Source: Escherichia phage ADB-2. Taken from it: a stretch of 50,552 bases of DNA. The translations under genes and the position numbers were made by a program. The stretch is taken from sequence record NC_019725.1; one strand, given 5' to 3'. Numbering within the stretch: the stretch's first letter is position 1; every line of letters begins with the position of its first letter. The notes beneath the pieces are model-generated. The model was not told the origin of the DNA. It did no database searches and saw only the letters and a program-made list of their open reading frames with translations. Positions 46,824 through 50,552 of the stretch are shown here, piece by piece.

Positions 46824-47039
46824 ATGAAAGAATTTTTAACAGCGGCTACGTCAAGCACGGGCGGCGCTTCATTGGTAGGGGCGGCGACAGGGCAACTTTA
46901 TATTGCTGGCGCTACATTCATTTGCTTTCTGCTTTTTGGTGCATGGGGCGCATACTGGAAGTATCGTGACAGTAAGGCAATTCAGGAAGCGTTAAACGAT
47001 GGCGATCTAAATAAGGCGCTTAAGATTAGGGGGAGATAA
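46824..47039 (+). CDS. putative holin
   Basis: 71 aa with hydrophobic segment [21 protein letters not shown] and charged C-terminus; immediately upstream of endolysin. Confidence 0.5.
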   Translation: MKEFLTAATSSTGGASLVGAATGQLYIAGATFICFLLFGAWGAYWKYRDSKAIQEALNDGDLNKALKIRGR

Positions 47040-47527
47040 TGAGTTTAAAAAATAACGTTATAGGCGCATCGATCGGGGCCGCTTTGACGTTGACACCTAC
47101 TCTACTGGAACGAATCGAAGGTATAGAGTACGAGGTGTATTACGATATCGCCGGAGTACCTACCGTATGCAGCGGAATAACCGGGCCTGACGTAATACCT
47201 GGTAAGAAATACACTAAGCGAGAATGCGATGCATTGCTGATAAAACATATCGGAGTCGCTCAGCGATACGTTGACAAAAAGGTGAATGTTGATATTCCGG
47301 TAACGATGCGCGCGTCACTGTACAGCTTCACTTTCAACGTTGGTACTGGCGCGTTCGGATCTTCTACAATGCTTAAGCTAATAAATCAGAGTAAGCACAA
47401 GGAAGCGTGCAATCAGTTATGGCGATGGGTATACTACTACAACCCAAAAACCAAAAAGCGAGAAGTGTCTAGAGGACTCAAGAACCGACGCGCTGAAGAA
47501 TACGCGTATTGCGTTAAGGAATTATGA
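47039..47527 (+). CDS. endolysin, GH24 lysozyme with N-terminal signal-anchor-release (SAR)-like domain
   Basis: N-terminal Gly/Ala-rich weakly hydrophobic segment [17 protein letters not shown] followed by catalytic E...D...T pattern ([22 protein letters not shown]). Confidence 0.75.
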   Translation: MSLKNNVIGASIGAALTLTPTLLERIEGIEYEVYYDIAGVPTVCSGITGPDVIPGKKYTKRECDALLIKHIGVAQRYVDKKVNVDIPVTMRASLYSFTFNVGTGAFGSSTMLKLINQSKHKEACNQLWRWVYYYNPKTKKREVSRGLKNRRAEEYAYCVKEL

Positions 47528-47927
47528 TGAAACTGAAGAAAATGTGCATTGCGATTACAGTGGCTGTTGGTGTTATTTCTCTATCCGGTTGCTCGACGGC
47601 ATCTGCCTGAGCGGTTTAATCGGATCTAAACCGGAAGTTACAGCACAAATCGGAGAGGAGAACACAAAGCAATTAGCAGGAGTAACCGCAAAATCCGAAG
47701 ATAAGCGAGATGTTAAAGTTGAGAAGTCCAACGTGGGAAAGATTGACTCTTCCTTGAAGAAGTCAATTGAAGTGTCAACCATTCAGGCTAACACGGTTAA
47801 CGCTGAAAGCATCACAGTAACAAAACCGGAAAACTGGTACGATGCAATTGTAGGATGGACTCTCGTTTTCATTGGCCTGTTGCTGGTTTATTTTTCAATT
47901 CGTAAGGACGAAAAAAAGGAGGCGTAA
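47524..47927 (+). CDS. unimolecular spanin candidate: lipoprotein signal + C-terminal membrane anchor (frame disrupted ~47605)
   Basis: [22 protein letters not shown] lipobox signal in one frame; remainder in -1 frame ends with hydrophobic [15 protein letters not shown] + KDEKKEA; last gene of lysis cassette. Confidence 0.5.
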
Positions 47928-47942
47928 GCCTCCTTTTCTTTT
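47910..47942. terminator. bidirectional terminator between convergent genes
   Basis: AGGAGGCGTAAGCCTCCT hairpin flanked by A-run upstream and T-rich tract downstream. Confidence 0.7.
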
Positions 47943-48156
47943 ATGCATCAGCCCACATGTAACTTTCGTTCGTGAGTTTTGCGTATTCGCGAACTTCAAT
48001 TTCACAGGTGTCTCCGTACATCTCAGCGACCTTTTTCTCATTCGCTACCGCTGATTCCTCGGTCCATCCATCAGCTTTGCTGTATAGGGTAGGAATTTCA
48101 CTGCTAGTGCCGTCAGAGTGATTGTAAACGCGAACTACTAAAAATTTGTTAGCCAT
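47941..48156 (-). CDS. hypothetical protein
   Basis: 71 aa from ATG with GAAGGA RBS; downstream of element copy 24. Confidence 0.45.
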   Translation of the reverse strand: MANKFLVVRVYNHSDGTSSEIPTLYSKADGWTEESAVANEKKVAEMYGDTCEIEVREYAKLTNESYMWADA

Positions 48157-48216
48157 GATGATTTCCTTCATGTCGTTTCATTTCGATAAAACAAATATAC
48201 CCGATACGAGATCGGC

Positions 48217-48238
48217 GTTTTAACAAAAAGTGCTATTT
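48217..48238 (-). promoter_or_regulatory. conserved intergenic element (copy 24)
   Basis: rc = AAATAGCACTTTTTGTTAAAAC; its TAG is the stop of minus ORF 48233..48436. Confidence 0.6.
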
Positions 48239-48344
48239 GTATCTTTTGACATGGAGAAGTAACTCACCTTCCTGGTCGCAAAGATTGTGCTCACTGTCGT
48301 TGTTGGCCCTCATCGAAGTGAGCAGTAGGCTAAGTAATCCTTGC

Positions 48345-48752
48345 TCAAATTCTTCTTTCGTAAGCTGGAGCCTTGCGCACAATTCGACGTTCCGATCTAT
48401 CAACGTTTCTACGTTCGCCAAACAATTCTTCATCACTCATTTCTCCAATGTGCATCATTTCCCACGTATATCGATTGTTGTAGCCATCAATACACATCAG
48501 CTTCATCATTACCGGGCGCTTGATCTTTCCCTTGCACCAGTAAACTCCATCCTTGCGATCTAAGTAACCCTCAGTCACGCAACGAGCGCAAAACTCCTTA
48601 GATAGCGAGCTTGTAAATTCACGGCGAGTCATTCCAGCAGCCTTAGCAAATCGCTCACTTTCCTTGTGGGCGTATATAAATTTCGCTATGTGCTGTCGTG
48701 TGTATTTGTCGTAACCTTCGCAGAACCTGAACAGATCTAAAAGAAGAAGCAT
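48345..48752 (-). CDS. hypothetical protein
   Basis: 135-aa ORF; downstream ORF 48233..48436 overlaps in another frame and may be its continuation or a separate small gene. Confidence 0.4.
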   Translation of the reverse strand: MLLLLDLFRFCEGYDKYTRQHIAKFIYAHKESERFAKAAGMTRREFTSSLSKEFCARCVTEGYLDRKDGVYWCKGKIKRPVMMKLMCIDGYNNRYTWEMMHIGEMSDEELFGERRNVDRSERRIVRKAPAYERRI

Positions 48753-48756
48753 ATTA

Positions 48757-50325
48757 TTAACCCATCAGTCGAGGGTTTATGAAAACAATATCATCAATCC
48801 GGCAAGTGTAGTTCATCTCTTCGAGCGTGATCAGCAGGCTGTCGATTCTCTCAGATACTTTCTGTTGACCGTTGAACGGCGTAACATTCCGGCACTTTGC
48901 AACAATGCTATGAATCGGAGCGCGCCCTTTGTTCTTCTTTGCGATCTCAGTGATAACATCAATCAGCTTACGAGATTCAGCCTCATCACCAGCATACCCG
49001 GCAGCGCTGGCAGACGACAGATAAGTCCTGGAAAGCTCATTGAAGATCATGATTGCTTCCTGCATCGTTTCAAGGTCAATCTCACGGTTGGAACGGTTCG
49101 GTGATTCACCCTCCCAATTCTTGATCGTGTGGAGAACTGAAGCAATACGCAAGGCGTGCTTATCGAACTTGCCGAGATGACCGCGTAGCATTGAGTGAGA
49201 GTATTTCCCACCTGCGGCGAAATCCGGTTCCATCGCCTGACGCGCAAGGTTTAATTCACGCATAGCATTACGGCTTACAGAGAGAACAACGTTTTCCTCC
49301 TTCATAATGTTGTGCACGAGTCGATAATATTTACTCACCAATCCTCGATCGACTTCCTTATACAGCGCATCACCATTTTCATCACAAAGAATACGAGTAC
49401 CTAAAAGCGGTTCCTCACGAACTAAAAGGAAACGCTCAGATACGCCGATGCCTCGTTGGCCTGCGTCCATGATACCCTTGATTGTTTCATCCTGCGCAAT
49501 AACGCAGATGGAACCGACCGGGCAAAGTGATAGGTTGTTATCCTGGTTGGAACGCGCTACCTCCATGTGGTTTTTATCCCACGCCTTAAGGATAAGTTCA
49601 CTGTTTGACTTCTTGTCTGAACCGCCATAAGTCAGGCCGAGCAATGTGTTGATTGCTGTCGCCTCATCAGAGATTACGGAGAAGTGACCTTGAACAGCCG
49701 CCACCTTCGCAAGACCTTCAGGTGTAGGATCTGATACCGCGAAAACAATATCAGCCATCTTCTTGATCTTCTCTTCCAGTTTTTCTTTGTCCTCGTACAG
49801 CGCCGCCGTCGTGTTACCCTTCGGGTCGTTTTTAATTTCCTTCTCGACCTGACGTAGCTGACTGGTTAATCGGGTGCGTTCCTTTTTGCGCTCTTCATTC
49901 AGTCGCTGAATTTCTGCACGCATAGGCGTAATCGCTGCGGAGTTAATCGCAGATTTACCTGTTGAAGGTGGCTGGCTGATTACCATGTAAAGAGCGGTAG
50001 GTTGTTCTTCTCCGTGATATTGAACCCAAAACTTCCCGAGCATCGCGGCTGAGATGCACCCAATGAAATGAGCGTAAGCAGACGAAACAGGAAACTGTAC
50101 AGACTCAGCCTTTGCCTTTGCATATTCGAATACCAGGTTATCGCCACCTAACGAAATCAGAGGGAACTTATCGTTGCCGCTATTGATATCGATCGGATCT
50201 TGCCAAAATGAAACTGAGTCACCATAGCTGTTTTCACGAATTGCGATCGCCACCGGATTAACTCCAGTGCTATTGGCGATCTCAATAATCTGTTGGTAAT
50301 TCAGTTTTGGCTTAATATTAAACAT
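48757..50325 (-). CDS. putative P-loop ATPase (DUF3987-like, replication-associated?)
   Basis: 523 aa from ATG with AAGGAG RBS; Walker A-like PPSTGKS and possible Walker B VISDEA. Confidence 0.4.
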   Translation of the reverse strand: MFNIKPKLNYQQIIEIANSTGVNPVAIAIRENSYGDSVSFWQDPIDINSGNDKFPLISLGGDNLVFEYAKAKAESVQFPVSSAYAHFIGCISAAMLGKFWVQYHGEEQPTALYMVISQPPSTGKSAINSAAITPMRAEIQRLNEERKKERTRLTSQLRQVEKEIKNDPKGNTTAALYEDKEKLEEKIKKMADIVFAVSDPTPEGLAKVAAVQGHFSVISDEATAINTLLGLTYGGSDKKSNSELILKAWDKNHMEVARSNQDNNLSLCPVGSICVIAQDETIKGIMDAGQRGIGVSERFLLVREEPLLGTRILCDENGDALYKEVDRGLVSKYYRLVHNIMKEENVVLSVSRNAMRELNLARQAMEPDFAAGGKYSHSMLRGHLGKFDKHALRIASVLHTIKNWEGESPNRSNREIDLETMQEAIMIFNELSRTYLSSASAAGYAGDEAESRKLIDVITEIAKKNKGRAPIHSIVAKCRNVTPFNGQQKVSERIDSLLITLEEMNYTCRIDDIVFINPRLMG

Positions 50326-50377
50326 CACAATAAACTCCTTAGTTGACGGTGTAAATGATACACTGCCAATGGTATAC

Positions 50378-50398
50378 GCTTTTTGCAAAAGTGCTATT
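50378..50398 (-). promoter_or_regulatory. conserved intergenic element (copy 25, variant)
   Basis: rc = AATAGCACTTTTGCAAAAAGC; immediately after stop of partial gene. Confidence 0.5.
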
Positions 50399-50400
50399 GG

Positions 50401-50552
50401 TTATAAGTATTTGGCCTCAAAGGTTGTGCCGTCAGCTATGCTAAAGCCGATCTCTTCGCGAAACAATGTCCAACGGCAACCATCCTCATCAAAAATATAA
50501 CCAGCTACGCCGCCGAGAGCGCGACCGCTTTCAACCTGGTAACGCTTGCCAA
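50401..50552 (-). CDS. hypothetical protein, partial (5' end beyond window)
   Basis: Open minus-strand frame ending ...EAKYL-TAA at 50401-50403. Confidence 0.4.
   Translation of the reverse strand, partial: GKRYQVESGRALGGVAGYIFDEDGCRWTLFREEIGFSIADGTTFEAKYL

Noticed and set aside
48233-48436. 67-aa minus ORF as an independent gene versus C-terminal continuation of 48345..48752
   Set aside because: Not resolved: it would require a +1 rather than -1 shift to fuse, unlike the other disruptions; left unannotated as a separate feature although its stop coincides with the TAG of element copy 24
1-50552. Lysogeny module (integrase, CI-like repressor, attP)
   Set aside because: No tyrosine/serine recombinase or repressor-like ORF of appropriate size found in the window; the phage appears virulent, although the window does not cover the complete genome

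Overview
This 50.5-kb window looks like most of the genome of a virulent tailed dsDNA phage with a lambda-type siphovirus tail; both window edges cut minus-strand genes. Several hallmarks suggest a T1-like (Drexlerviridae-type) phage: a phage-type Dam methylase, Erf + SSB + PD-(D/E)XK exonuclease, a Cor-like lipoprotein after the tail genes, a SAR-type endolysin and a lipoprotein with a C-terminal membrane anchor (unimolecular spanin architecture). All calls are from reading the translations and sequence by eye; no database search was run. Layout: 1-3222 minus-strand small early genes; 3223-3854 AT-rich repeat-rich divergent region; 3855-13280 about 30 small plus-strand early genes; 13365-34455 packaging, head and tail genes, all plus strand; 34477-34704 minus-strand lipoprotein; 34771-35230 second AT-rich region; 35231-37479 recombination module; 37511-40923 minus-strand tail fibre, primase and a small regulator-like gene; 41018-47927 helicase, VRR-NUC nuclease, Dam, metallophosphoesterase and the lysis cassette; 47941-50552 minus-strand genes. 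No integrase, repressor, tRNA or CRISPR array was seen. The most striking signal is a 20-bp element (consensus AATAGCAC-N3-TTGYTAAAAC) present in at least 25 copies, nearly always just upstream of a gene and co-oriented with it. About ten recognisable genes are split by a single-base frame disruption, most simply explained by deletion errors in the sequence, so small-ORF boundaries should be treated with caution. One shift, in the tail chaperone gene, sits on an A_AAA_AAC slippery heptamer and looks like a genuine programmed frameshift.
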